The notes under the pieces were generated by a model, which made no database searches, was not told the DNA's origin, and saw only the letters and a program-made list of their open reading frames with translations. Positions 1-9,148 of a stretch of DNA of 64,000 bases are shown piece after piece. Origin of the DNA: Pirellulaceae bacterium (lineage in GTDB: Bacteria > Planctomycetota > Planctomycetia > Pirellulales > Pirellulaceae); contig JAHBXS010000002.1 of NCBI GenBank assembly GCA_019636375.1, positions 149,621 to 213,620 on the forward strand. The letters run 5' to 3'. The position numbers were made by a program, and so were the translations under genes. How positions within the stretch are numbered: the stretch's first letter is position 1; every line of letters starts with the position of its first letter.

Positions 1-182
1 AGGAAAAACGCTTGCCGTCAGCGGGCTGTTGACGATGTTCCAAGAGAAACCGCAAATCCTCATCGGCTTGCCCCACCAACTCCCAATCATCGTCGGCAAA
101 TAGCCTCAGGACTCCTGATCTAGGCGGAAAATAAGTTGGCACATTCGTGGCCTCGTAGCACGTGCGCCAGAACGAGGAAAAT

Positions 183-347
183 GCAAAGTGCAAAATTCAT
201 AGTGCAAAATCAACGGCCAAGTTATCTTGACCGCAAGAACTAACGAGAACAAGGAAGCCACGCAACAAAAACCAAAGAAAACCTGCCAGCGCGTCACACA
301 CCCACCATACATTTTGCATTTTGCATTTTGCACTTTGCACTTTGCAC
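183..347. repeat. Inverted arrays of the heptamer GCAAA(A/G)T. Three copies lie at 183-210 in one orientation and five tandem copies (A(T/C)TTTGC) at 311-345 in the other, about 100 bp apart. Candidate protein-binding iteron or operator.
   Basis: Direct reading: gcaaagt gcaaaat ... gcaaaat at 183-210; attttgc x3 and actttgc x2 at 311-345. Confidence 0.6.
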
Positions 348-480
348 TAGCTCCGTAATACGTAATCATCGTCTCAGGTCAATTTCCGATCCCAGCAAAT
401 GATTGATGCAAAAGCACGCGAGTTCTCTACTCCAGATCAGGAGTTCCGAGCCTGTAACGGAAAAGACACCCCAATTCACG

Positions 481-512
481 AAAAAACCCCGTGAATCTTT
501 TCGACTCACGAG
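481..512 (-). terminator. Probable rho-independent terminator of tRNA-Asp: an 8-bp GC hairpin (ccccgtga / tcacgagg, one mismatch) followed on the minus strand by T6.
   Basis: The plus strand reads aaaaaa-ccccgtga-atcttttcgac-tcacgagg immediately 3' of the tRNA. Confidence 0.5.
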
Positions 513-536
513 GTTAATTTCAAACGTTCAATTGAG

Positions 537-610
537 CGAGGCGGACGGGGCTCGAACCCGCAACCTCCGGCGTGACAGGCCGGTGCTCTAACCAATTGAG
601 CTACCGCCCC
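537..610 (-). tRNA. tRNA-Asp (anticodon GTC)
   Basis: Reverse complement reads GGGGCGGTAGCTCAATTGGTTAGAGCACCGGCCTGTCACGCCGGAGGTTGCGGGTTCGAGCCCCGTCCGCCTCG. Cloverleaf with anticodon loop CTGTCAC, near-identical in arm sequences to E. coli tRNA-Asp. No encoded CCA. Confidence 0.88.
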
Positions 611-734
611 TCGCTTCTCCCTAAACGGGAATCCGAAGTTTACTCGAACTTCATCGGCTTGACAAGGGCCGGAGCTTAAAGGTTCACCCGTCGAACTTCA
701 AAAAATGCTGGTCCAAAATGGCCTATACGCGGGG

Positions 735-800
735 CTGAAATGGGGGCAGGTGCCGTTGTGCAAAGCACCCGAAGGGCCGTTCTGGCAAAGGTAACTGCTA
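735..800 (+). repeat. Degenerate copy of the roughly 77-bp palindromic repeat family also present at 55742-55818. Left arm and loop are conserved, right arm diverged.
   Basis: gaaatgggggcaggtgccgttgtgcaaagcacccgaagggccgttc matches the reverse complement of 55766-55815 at about 90 percent. Confidence 0.55.
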
Positions 801-979
801 CCAATTCTGCCCCAACATCTAAAACGCCACGATTCAGACGGCCTGCCAACAACAAAAAACGCCCTACATTCGCTACGAACGGCCCTTAATAACCGCAAAT
901 TTTTGCATCTGCAATCGTCCCAGCCTCTCGTCTCCTCTACCCTACCCTACGATTCCAAAACGACTTGGAGGTACCTTAA

Positions 980-1138
980 ATGAACTCTTATCAAATCATG
1001 TATCGACTCAAAGGGATGATGTCTCGTATCAACGACGTGATCCAGGGTCTATCGATTGAAGCCTGGGCGGCGATTGCCGTTGTCCTCGTGGTGGTCGGAT
1101 TTATGATGCTCAAAGGAAACAGCATCCGAGGCGGCTAA
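980..1138 (+). CDS. Small 52-aa hydrophobic protein (MNSYQIMYRLKGMMSRINDVIQGLSIEAWAAIAVVLVVVGFMMLKGNSIRGG), hypothetical.
   Basis: ATG at 980 preceded by GGAGG at 966-970 (9-nt spacing). Single predicted TM helix. Below the 60-aa cutoff of the ORF track. Stop overlaps the end of the 1135..2505 gene by 4 nt. Confidence 0.35.
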   Translation: MNSYQIMYRLKGMMSRINDVIQGLSIEAWAAIAVVLVVVGFMMLKGNSIRGG

Positions 1139-2505
1139 AAAAATCGCGGATCATCAACACGAAACCCAAGTTCCTCAATCGCTCGAGCATCTTCTTCCGC
1201 GGCCACTGTGTCTCCAGTCACGACAAAGATTTGATAGCGATGGCTCAACAACGTCCCTGTTTGACGCCGCCGCGACTCAAAATAATCTTTGATCGACTTC
1301 TGCGAGCGACCCATCAAAAAATCCCCTTGCTCGTAGCCCTGAGCGGCGATCCGATTGCTGATGATCGCCAAATCGATCAGATCAAATGCCTCGCTGAGCT
1401 GCTCGAGTTGAAACAACACCCAGCCATGTGTGTCTAGAAAAGCGGCCCCTTCTTCGATTAGATCAAGGCAACTAAAGAAGGGCGGCAGCACATCAATCAT
1501 CTCTTGGAGTTTCAAATCCAATTTACTCAACCTTTCTGCCGCATCTTCCACCGCCTTCTGGTCGCCAACCCTTTGGTCCAGCAGTGCTCTAACAGCCAAC
1601 AACACTGCCAATGAGCGTCGCTCAAGTTCGGCTTGAAATCGCAAACTTTCAAGCCGACTGTCCGTTCCGTCTTTCGTGATTGAACCATCATTGACGGCCA
1701 ACCATCCGAACTTTCGGAGACGACCATTTGCCTGCTGGTATTGGTCATCTAAGTTGCCAATCTTTTCATCAAGTAGCCTTTTCAGAGGCTCAATTTCGAC
1801 GGGGTCCTTAAGTTCAACGGCAACCAATGCCGTCGCCGCCAACACCTTAAGTTGATAAGGTAGAATCCACGTTATTCGGCCAAAGCCTCGGCCCGCACCC
1901 CGTGATTCAAACAGTGCTTTCATCCGTTGATCGGCCCCTTCCAAATCGTATTTCGCCAGCGCGCATTGATAGGCGTAGCCATTGGTCCACAAATCGGAGT
2001 TGTCATAATTGCGATCGCGGGCCTCGAACCAAAATCGCAGCAGATCACATGCATCCTGCGTCCGCCCGTTGCCAAGAAGTGCACGAAAATGGGCTTGAAG
2101 CACTTGCGAATGGGAGTCGCCGTCCGTTATCGTTAACTCGCGGGCGTCTGCAGGTAACTTATCGCGTAGACCCTCGGTCCAATTAATCGCCTCCTCGGCA
2201 CGCCCTGCATCCAGCAAGTAATTTGCGAGTTCCAATTTGGTAATATCCGATGCTCGCGGACCCTGGGCAATCGACACAAGTTTTGTAATCGCCAATTCCT
2301 TTTGGCCCGATTCATAAAGCAAATTTGCGGCCGCCACGTCCCAACGCTCCCGCTCAGCCCCCACCCAATTTTTCAATACGGGAACAACGACAAGTCCACA
2401 GACTAGTAGGGCGGCCAACCAACTCCAGCCTCCGCCTCGACCGACAATCGGTGTATTTCCCTCATCGATCGAAGCGTTGAGTTGGGGTTTGGCAGAGGCA
2501 CTCAT
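1135..2505 (-). CDS. Membrane-anchored hypothetical protein with TPR-like or helical-repeat content (456 aa).
   Basis: Long ORF with an N-terminal hydrophobic helix (WSWLAALLVCGLVVVPVL) and alpha-helical repeat-like composition. No recognisable catalytic motif. Confidence 0.6.
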   Translation of the reverse strand: MSASAKPQLNASIDEGNTPIVGRGGGWSWLAALLVCGLVVVPVLKNWVGAERERWDVAAANLLYESGQKELAITKLVSIAQGPRASDITKLELANYLLDAGRAEEAINWTEGLRDKLPADARELTITDGDSHSQVLQAHFRALLGNGRTQDACDLLRFWFEARDRNYDNSDLWTNGYAYQCALAKYDLEGADQRMKALFESRGAGRGFGRITWILPYQLKVLAATALVAVELKDPVEIEPLKRLLDEKIGNLDDQYQQANGRLRKFGWLAVNDGSITKDGTDSRLESLRFQAELERRSLAVLLAVRALLDQRVGDQKAVEDAAERLSKLDLKLQEMIDVLPPFFSCLDLIEEGAAFLDTHGWVLFQLEQLSEAFDLIDLAIISNRIAAQGYEQGDFLMGRSQKSIKDYFESRRRQTGTLLSHRYQIFVVTGDTVAAEEDARAIEELGFRVDDPRFF

Positions 2506-2511
2506 CGCGAG

Positions 2512-5166
2512 CTATCCTTCCGTGGTTTCTTCTAAAAAGTTCTTGATGACTTGTTCAATTTGCGAACGAATGGACACCAATTGACGACCATTTGTAATTT
2601 TTTGGCCGTGGCGATCAGTCACATAAAAAACGTCGAAAACTTGATGACCATAGGTCGATATTCTAGCGAACTGCACGTCCAGCCCTAATTCGAAGATTTT
2701 CTGCGTGATCGTGTAAAGCAGCCCGAGTTTATTGTACGCAAAAACGTCAATGATCGTGGCTGTTTCAACGGTTTGATTGTCTATTTTGACTTTGATCGCA
2801 GGGCGTGAAAGTTTAGCGGCCAAACTAACATCCATTTTCCAATGTTTCCGGAACCGCGGCGGTTCATTGTCAATTCCCATTGCAATTTGTTCGACACGAC
2901 TTCGCAGGTCCTGCAACCGCATTTCTGGGGTTTTAACGTGCTCTCGATCGTTAAACTGAAACCAATACCAGATCATCGAATTTCCCAACGGTTTGATGTC
3001 CGCCGATTGGGTTTCGAAGCCCATGCTGGCCAGCAGTCCTGTGACTTTGTAAAAAATCCCCGATCGTTTTCGCTCGCGTTTGGCAATCACCAGTTCGCAG
3101 GTTTGGTCTTTTGGAAGTTCTCTTACCCAACACAGAACTTCGTCACTTTTAGAATCACGCAATTGCAGGAGTTGGTTAGCGACTACTTCCGCCGAACGTT
3201 CGCGGCAATAATTCCATGGCAAGCGCTTTACGGACCGCGACAGCCATTCACGAGTCTCTTCATCCGCCCCTTTTTTGATCACGTCTTCGTAGACGTTTTG
3301 AAACCTCGGATCGTAACCCTCCGTACTCAGGTGTCCCGTGAGTTGCTCGCGAGCATGATAGAATAAAGTGGTCAACAAGTCTCTCTTCCACGGCGTCAGC
3401 ATACCTGGACCAACCGCATCAATGTCCGCCAAGGTCAACAGATAGAGATGCGCTAGCATTTCCGTCGTGCCAATATTTGCGGAAAATTCTGCGACCAAGG
3501 ATTCGTTCCCAATGTCGCGATGAAAAGCCAAATGGGACATCATCAGATGGTTGTGTACCAAAAACCGAACGGCTTCAACTTCCTCATTACTCAATAACAA
3601 ACGTTGACAAGTCTCACCTGCGATCCGGCGCCCCACCTCGCAATGTTCCTCTGGAAATCCCTTCCCCAGATCATGCAGAAGCAATGCCAAATGCAAAATC
3701 GACTTATCCGGCAACTTGCGATAGGTCTCACCGATGATCGTCAAATCGTTTTCAAATTCGGTGCAGATTTCAATCGCTTGCAGCGTGTGTTCATCGACGG
3801 TGAACTGGTGATACTCGTTAAACTGCAAGAGCCCCCGGGCGTGTTTGACCGCTGGAACAATCTTCTCCAAAACCTTCATTTCGTGGAGCAAACGCAAGAT
3901 TTTTGCGAGATTTTTAGGCTTTCCTAATAAACTCTTGAACTGCTGCGACATCTCCTCCGTCATCTCAAACTGCAGTCCCTCCATCGCCTCGCGAATCGTG
4001 ACCCAGGTCTGATGCTCAATATCCCGATTGAGGTCGACAGCGATTTCAATAAGCCGCAAAATTTGACTCAAATCCCGCTTCACTCGGTCCATCGCGGCTG
4101 GCAAGACTCCGACTGTGCGGTTGCGCACCTGATAGGTGTTGTCGATCTGTCTGGTAAATAGCGGTTGCAGAACGAGACCAGCGAATCCGCGATTGGGGCT
4201 TGAAAGAGACGAAAATTGATCGCAAACATGTTGAATCTGACTAGTGAAACGAAAATAGTCTTGCATCATCGCTTCGACCGGCAACACGCCTTCACTCCCC
4301 TGATAGCCAAACTTCTCCGCGATACGAACCTGTTCATTACGGCCTAGACCGTCTTGAGTCCGATTCGCTTGAAAGTGCAAATCGCAACGGACTCGCAACA
4401 AAAACTCCGTCGAAGCATGAATCTGCGTGGCGTCGGCTGCCGTGATTGCCCGCAGTCGACACAACTGGTCAATATCGTTCTCGCCAAAACGCACAAATCC
4501 CAACCAGCGAATCAGATGCGTATCCCGCAGTGCTCCCCGCGATCGCTTAATGTTCGGGCGGAGCAAATAGACCGTTTCGCCGTATTTGGTTCTTTCCTGA
4601 CCGCGAGCCGACAAAATGCCAGCGACCAAAGCGTCTTGGTTCCGTTGACTCACCCGTTTCAAACTATTGAGGTATTCTTCATACAACTTGAAGCTCCCCG
4701 CAAGATAACGAGATTCGGTCAGCGAAGAAAATGTTGGAGGATCCTTAACCGCAAACTGACAAACCTCGGCCGGCGTACGCATACCGAAGCCCAACGCCAA
4801 CCCAGTGTCGTTAATCCCCTGCGTTAGGCGCTTCGCATATTCCTTAATCGAATCGCTCATTTTCGGCGGGACAAGCATCAGCAAATCGACGTCGGAAAAA
4901 GGGGCGACTTCTCGACGCCCGCAACCGCCATGCAAAACAAGGGCCGTTTGTTCGTCGAGACTACTTCCCAAATCGGCCAAAATTGCCTGTTTCAGCCCGA
5001 TCAAAACGCTGTCCAGCAAGTCCGATAGCGATTGCACCGTCAGCCGTCCCGCCATCCCAGCATCGTGAGATTGCCGAATCAATTGCTTGCCGGAATTCCA
5101 ACGTTGCCGCGAGTCGACCACGTAACTCGGCAATCCAGAAGTGCCCGACATTGACGGCGATACCAC
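2512..5166 (-). CDS. glnD: [Protein-PII] uridylyltransferase / uridylyl-removing enzyme GlnD (884 aa). The GTG start at 5166 is less likely than the ATG at 5151.
   Basis: Nucleotidyltransferase motif GGCGRREVAPFSDVDLLMLVP, HD-domain motif HDLGKG, C-terminal ACT-like repeats. Lies immediately downstream of glnB. Confidence 0.9.
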   Translation of the reverse strand: MVSPSMSGTSGLPSYVVDSRQRWNSGKQLIRQSHDAGMAGRLTVQSLSDLLDSVLIGLKQAILADLGSSLDEQTALVLHGGCGRREVAPFSDVDLLMLVPPKMSDSIKEYAKRLTQGINDTGLALGFGMRTPAEVCQFAVKDPPTFSSLTESRYLAGSFKLYEEYLNSLKRVSQRNQDALVAGILSARGQERTKYGETVYLLRPNIKRSRGALRDTHLIRWLGFVRFGENDIDQLCRLRAITAADATQIHASTEFLLRVRCDLHFQANRTQDGLGRNEQVRIAEKFGYQGSEGVLPVEAMMQDYFRFTSQIQHVCDQFSSLSSPNRGFAGLVLQPLFTRQIDNTYQVRNRTVGVLPAAMDRVKRDLSQILRLIEIAVDLNRDIEHQTWVTIREAMEGLQFEMTEEMSQQFKSLLGKPKNLAKILRLLHEMKVLEKIVPAVKHARGLLQFNEYHQFTVDEHTLQAIEICTEFENDLTIIGETYRKLPDKSILHLALLLHDLGKGFPEEHCEVGRRIAGETCQRLLLSNEEVEAVRFLVHNHLMMSHLAFHRDIGNESLVAEFSANIGTTEMLAHLYLLTLADIDAVGPGMLTPWKRDLLTTLFYHAREQLTGHLSTEGYDPRFQNVYEDVIKKGADEETREWLSRSVKRLPWNYCRERSAEVVANQLLQLRDSKSDEVLCWVRELPKDQTCELVIAKRERKRSGIFYKVTGLLASMGFETQSADIKPLGNSMIWYWFQFNDREHVKTPEMRLQDLRSRVEQIAMGIDNEPPRFRKHWKMDVSLAAKLSRPAIKVKIDNQTVETATIIDVFAYNKLGLLYTITQKIFELGLDVQFARISTYGHQVFDVFYVTDRHGQKITNGRQLVSIRSQIEQVIKNFLEETTEG

Positions 5167-5215
5167 TTTCTGGCGATTTGATCAAAGCCCGAATCGCCCA
5201 ACAGGTCGGCTGTTT

Positions 5216-5554
<339 letters not shown>

Positions 5555-5621
5555 TCAAATTCCTCGCGGTAGATTCGCCCGATAGCAGAACGATTGTTTT
5601 TGTCTGATCAACAGCCCGTGA

Positions 5622-6209
5622 TTATAACGAATCGCCGTTTTTTTGGCAGGTGTCCTGCGGAGTGGGCAGCCACTTTTGCTCACGACCGCTCAAGCGAAAA
5701 TTCTCAAACCGAGCCAGCACAAATAAGAAATCACTCAGGCGATTCAAATAAACCAATTCATTTTCTAGTGCGTTTTCGGCTTTCAATTCGCGAACAAGCG
5801 TCACGATATTTCTTTCCGCGCGGCGAACGACCGTCCGAGCCCAATGAGCCAAGGCGGAAACTCGCCCCCCACCGGGCAGGATAAAGGCGTCCATTGGCGG
5901 CAACGACTCCTCCATGCGGTCAATGCCTTGTTCCAAATCGCTGATCCGTTTCGTTTCCAGCGGTACTCTGCGGCGGGATTGACCCACCTCTGCCGCCACG
6001 ACTGACCCCAACCCGAACAAATCCTGCTGGACCCGAATCAATTCTTCGCGATTTGCCTGCGAGACCCCCTCGGCCAACACGACACCAATCACCGAATTCG
6101 CTTCGTCCAAGTCACCACAAACGGTCACCGCTAAATGATCTTTGGGAACTCGCACCCCTCCCAACAAACCCGTTTCGCCACGGTCTCCAGTCTTTGTGTA
6201 AATCTTCAT
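5622..6209 (-). CDS. PduO-type ATP:cob(I)alamin adenosyltransferase (MMAB family). The ORF track extends to a TTG at 6221; the ATG at 6209 gives MKIYTKTGDRGETGL.
   Basis: The hallmark N-terminal motif MKIYTKTGDxGxT plus a conserved helical-bundle body. Confidence 0.85.
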   Translation of the reverse strand: MKIYTKTGDRGETGLLGGVRVPKDHLAVTVCGDLDEANSVIGVVLAEGVSQANREELIRVQQDLFGLGSVVAAEVGQSRRRVPLETKRISDLEQGIDRMEESLPPMDAFILPGGGRVSALAHWARTVVRRAERNIVTLVRELKAENALENELVYLNRLSDFLFVLARFENFRLSGREQKWLPTPQDTCQKNGDSL

Positions 6210-6525
6210 CGTTTTTTCCAAGGGTCTGAGCTAATTCGAAATTTCAACTGATCATAGTCGAATTTCTGAGTTAAGCAAAATGCGAGAAAGGCCCTTAGCA
6301 CAATTTTCGAGCAACTTGCCCGCAACCGGACATCGAGCTATTCTCATTTGGTGAAAAAAAGTAAAGGTACACGGAATTGTTGCACCAAGGAGGATGCAGG
6401 CTTGATTTAATGTTGAAGTTCAAACTTAAACTTAAACCTAAACCGTTCTTCAACAACGCCTAACTCCCTGAACCGTTACAAAAACAGCTCAATTCAAGAC
6501 TCCGATTGAACCACACCAACAACGT

Positions 6526-7002
6526 TTGCAATCCATGCCCAATCAAAACGCCCCCAATTCCCAACCTGAAATCGTCTCGGCGGGATTCTTGATCCTGCGG
6601 CAGTCCCCCGACCAATCGGTTTTGCTCCTCAAACATCCAGATCGTTGGGACATTCCCAAGGGGCATTGCGACCCCGGCGAGACGGAACTGGAAACCGCCT
6701 GGCGCGAGCTATTTGAGGAAACAGGTTTAAATTCGGAGCAAGTCACTTTGGTTCCTGAATTTCGTTGGGAGCATGACTACCATGTCCACTTGCGCGAATA
6801 CGATAACGAACCACGACTAAAACGCCTCGTCGTCTTTTTGGGGATCGTAAAAAGCGACCCGGAACTAACCCTCACCGAACACCAGGGGCACCGCTGGTTC
6901 CCCTGGCCCCCTCCCCTGCCGATCCAGGCTCAAACCATTGACCCTTTATTGTCTGCGGCCGTTGAATTCTGCGACGACCGCCCGACTTTATTCGAATTGT
7001 AA
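6526..7002 (+). CDS. NUDIX hydrolase (158 aa).
   Basis: Nudix box GHCDPGETELETAWRELFEETGL (GX5EX7REUXEEXGU). Confidence 0.85.
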   Translation: MQSMPNQNAPNSQPEIVSAGFLILRQSPDQSVLLLKHPDRWDIPKGHCDPGETELETAWRELFEETGLNSEQVTLVPEFRWEHDYHVHLREYDNEPRLKRLVVFLGIVKSDPELTLTEHQGHRWFPWPPPLPIQAQTIDPLLSAAVEFCDDRPTLFEL

Positions 7003-7007
7003 GAGAG

Positions 7008-7817
7008 TCATTCTGCGCGAAAGTATCGCGTCTCGCCGCAGGCGAACATTCCGCAGCGGCCATTGTATTGCCAACAGTCGTAACAATGCGGTGTCTTACA
7101 AGACACACAGACCACAACCAGACCCCGCGGTTGTTCCGCACAGACGGGACACCGGGCGTCTGCCGAAATCGCCGACTCCAGTTCACCGCAAAACTCAATT
7201 CCTTCGACTTGCGAAAATTGCATCAAGTCCACAAACTTGAGACAGTACCTCACGAAATCACTCAACTCCGTGTCATCCCGAATGAAACCCGAACGAACAA
7301 TTCGCAATCGTCGCGGTCCTAAGTCAAGAGCCACAAGTTCTTTCGGAAAACGGTACGTCATTTCCTGCAAATTCTCCAGCCATTGTCTGCTGAGCATCTC
7401 GCCAGCAACCGCAGGATCAGAACTTGCAAACTCGTAACTTTGCACCAGTTTTTCATCGAGCCCATCAACATTCTTGAGATGCTTTCGCGGCTTGGCAAAA
7501 TTCGGCCACCCTTTTGGAGTTACCGACAATTCCACGACCCCACGCGACTCGAAATCAAGTTGAAACAAAGTTCGCGGTTGCCGACCGGCAAACCACACTC
7601 CTTGATTCACCAACGTGACCTGCATTCCGCGATAGTCGAACAACAAACGGGGCCGCCAGCCAAATGAATCAATCCGCCCACCAAAGCGAACGGCCAGCTT
7701 GCGATACGTTGTCTTCCAACGCTCGGAACGAACGTGCCAAGTCAAAATGCCAAAAATCGCCATCGTAACGAAGATCGGGAAGGTCACAAAGAAAAATCTG
7801 ATCAACGTCCAGACCAT
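7008..7817 (-). CDS. Membrane protein with a C-terminal Cys-rich zinc-ribbon or treble-clef module (CPVC-x10-CVSC-x3-HC-x2-C-x6-C-x4-C). It is the last gene of the Ubl/E2/E1/JAB operon. The ORF track start at 7826 is TTG; the ATG at 7817 is more likely.
   Basis: N-terminal TM helix (FFFVTFPIFVTMAIFGILTW). An eight Cys/His cluster in the last 40 residues. A 35-nt gap to the upstream JAB gene on the same strand. Confidence 0.65.
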   Translation of the reverse strand: MVWTLIRFFFVTFPIFVTMAIFGILTWHVRSERWKTTYRKLAVRFGGRIDSFGWRPRLLFDYRGMQVTLVNQGVWFAGRQPRTLFQLDFESRGVVELSVTPKGWPNFAKPRKHLKNVDGLDEKLVQSYEFASSDPAVAGEMLSRQWLENLQEMTYRFPKELVALDLGPRRLRIVRSGFIRDDTELSDFVRYCLKFVDLMQFSQVEGIEFCGELESAISADARCPVCAEQPRGLVVVCVSCKTPHCYDCWQYNGRCGMFACGETRYFRAE

Positions 7818-7852
7818 TTGTTCCAACCCTTCGCGGAAGTCGATTAAAAGAA

Positions 7853-9148
7853 TTAGAGACTTTTCGATTTGGCGGATCGCGAAACGCCTTCTTCCATCAG
7901 GAGCATTTCATTGACCGCATTCATCCGCCTTGAAACCCACCACGCGGCACCAAACGCCGAGCCCAGTGCGATCACTAGTCCCGAGACTAAAAACCAAATC
8001 CCATACTGATTCACCCAAGCGGCCTCTCCCACCGAGCCTGGCCCCCCGCCGCGAGCCTCGATTTCAGCGATCCGGCTGTTTAGTGAAACCACTTCCCGCT
8101 CCGCCGCACCTCGCGCTTCCACACTCGCAGCCAAACCCTTCTCAAGTTCCCCAATGCGTACCAGATGTGATGCAATCGCGGCGTCGTTCCGGTCCTTCGC
8201 CAGACGAACCTCCCCCATCTGCTCGACCAACCGTTGTAAAGCATCGGGGTTTTGGACGATCTCCGCCAGGGCTTCGCGATAAGCCAACTTTTGAGCCTCC
8301 AACCGTTCGATGGTCGCGACGGCTTGCGACAACTCGTTGCCTGAAACGGACTCGGCACCAGTCGCCGGAAAAAACAGCTTCACTAACAAAGCGAGCATCA
8401 CCAAGAATTGCAGACCGAGCACCGCCACCACAGGCCAATCGGTTCTATGCTCCCGCTCAATGACTTGCACCGTCGTTCCTCCTCCGCTGGTCGCTCGACT
8501 CGTCGTTGTTCTCATTCCTGACTTCATGGTTTCCCTTTCGTTCAAGCCTTCGATATATTCCCGCAATTCTTCCTCACGATGACGATGAGCTATCAAAAAA
8601 AACGACTCGCACCGCCGTGTCGTTCCTTCCGTCGTCCACTGAAACCAGCCGCGATCGTTTTGACACGGATCAATCACCAGCGCCAAATCAAGGGGCTGAT
8701 TGAAAAAGTTCTGGCAGATAAAGTCATCCATCCCCGACAAAAACACGCCCCAACCTGGATGCGTGTGGTACCACCCGACCATCTTCATCGTCCCAGGCAA
8801 CCGCTGGCGATCCTCCGTAATCTGCCGCCAGGTGTCATGGGTGAACTTAAAACTCCCCCGCGTCGCCTCGTAATGCTGAGCCCGGATACTGTCCTCAACG
8901 ACGACAAACGGCACCCCTGCCCCGTCAACCAACTGCCGCCCCATCAACACGCCGCCTAACTCGACTTGGGTATTCGAAAAGGCATGATCCTCCAACTCCC
9001 GCATAACATCGAGGTCGACATAGATTCGCAAATCCTGCTCGTTCGCCTCGCCAACCGGCTCCACGGCATAGTAATGACTCTCGTCGGGCCGCAGACTTGT
9101 CTGTGGTTCGTTCGCTTGGAAATCGCCAAATTCAATGTCAGCGTCCAT
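7853..9148 (-). CDS. JAB/MPN(+) metalloprotease (deubiquitinase-like) with a C-terminal membrane and coiled-coil extension (431 aa).
   Basis: JAMM motif HTHPGWGVFLSGMD (H-x-H-x7-S-x2-D) with an upstream E (ELGGVLMG). The C-terminal 200 aa contain two hydrophobic helices (VVAVLGLQFLVMLALLVKLFF and IWFLVSGLVIALGSAFGAAWWV) flanking heptad-like coiled-coil sequence. The ATG overlaps the E1 stop by 11 nt. Confidence 0.85.
   Translation of the reverse strand: MDADIEFGDFQANEPQTSLRPDESHYYAVEPVGEANEQDLRIYVDLDVMRELEDHAFSNTQVELGGVLMGRQLVDGAGVPFVVVEDSIRAQHYEATRGSFKFTHDTWRQITEDRQRLPGTMKMVGWYHTHPGWGVFLSGMDDFICQNFFNQPLDLALVIDPCQNDRGWFQWTTEGTTRRCESFFLIAHRHREEELREYIEGLNERETMKSGMRTTTSRATSGGGTTVQVIEREHRTDWPVVAVLGLQFLVMLALLVKLFFPATGAESVSGNELSQAVATIERLEAQKLAYREALAEIVQNPDALQRLVEQMGEVRLAKDRNDAAIASHLVRIGELEKGLAASVEARGAAEREVVSLNSRIAEIEARGGGPGSVGEAAWVNQYGIWFLVSGLVIALGSAFGAAWWVSRRMNAVNEMLLMEEGVSRSAKSKSL

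Noticed and set aside
311-347. Possible CRISPR-like array.
   Set aside because: Units are only 7 bp with no spacers. Simple tandem repeat, not CRISPR. No cas genes in the window.
106-369. 87-aa minus-strand ORF spanning the heptamer repeat arrays.
   Set aside because: Low-complexity Cys/Lys-rich translation driven by the tandem repeats. No start context. Most likely non-coding.
403-591. 62-aa plus-strand ORF.
   Set aside because: Overlaps the tRNA-Asp gene and its terminator on the opposite strand. Spurious.
1-700. Integrative element or prophage boundary at tRNA-Asp.
   Set aside because: No integrase, no direct repeat of the tRNA 3' end, and no phage genes. Only repeats and AT-richer sequence, so insufficient evidence.
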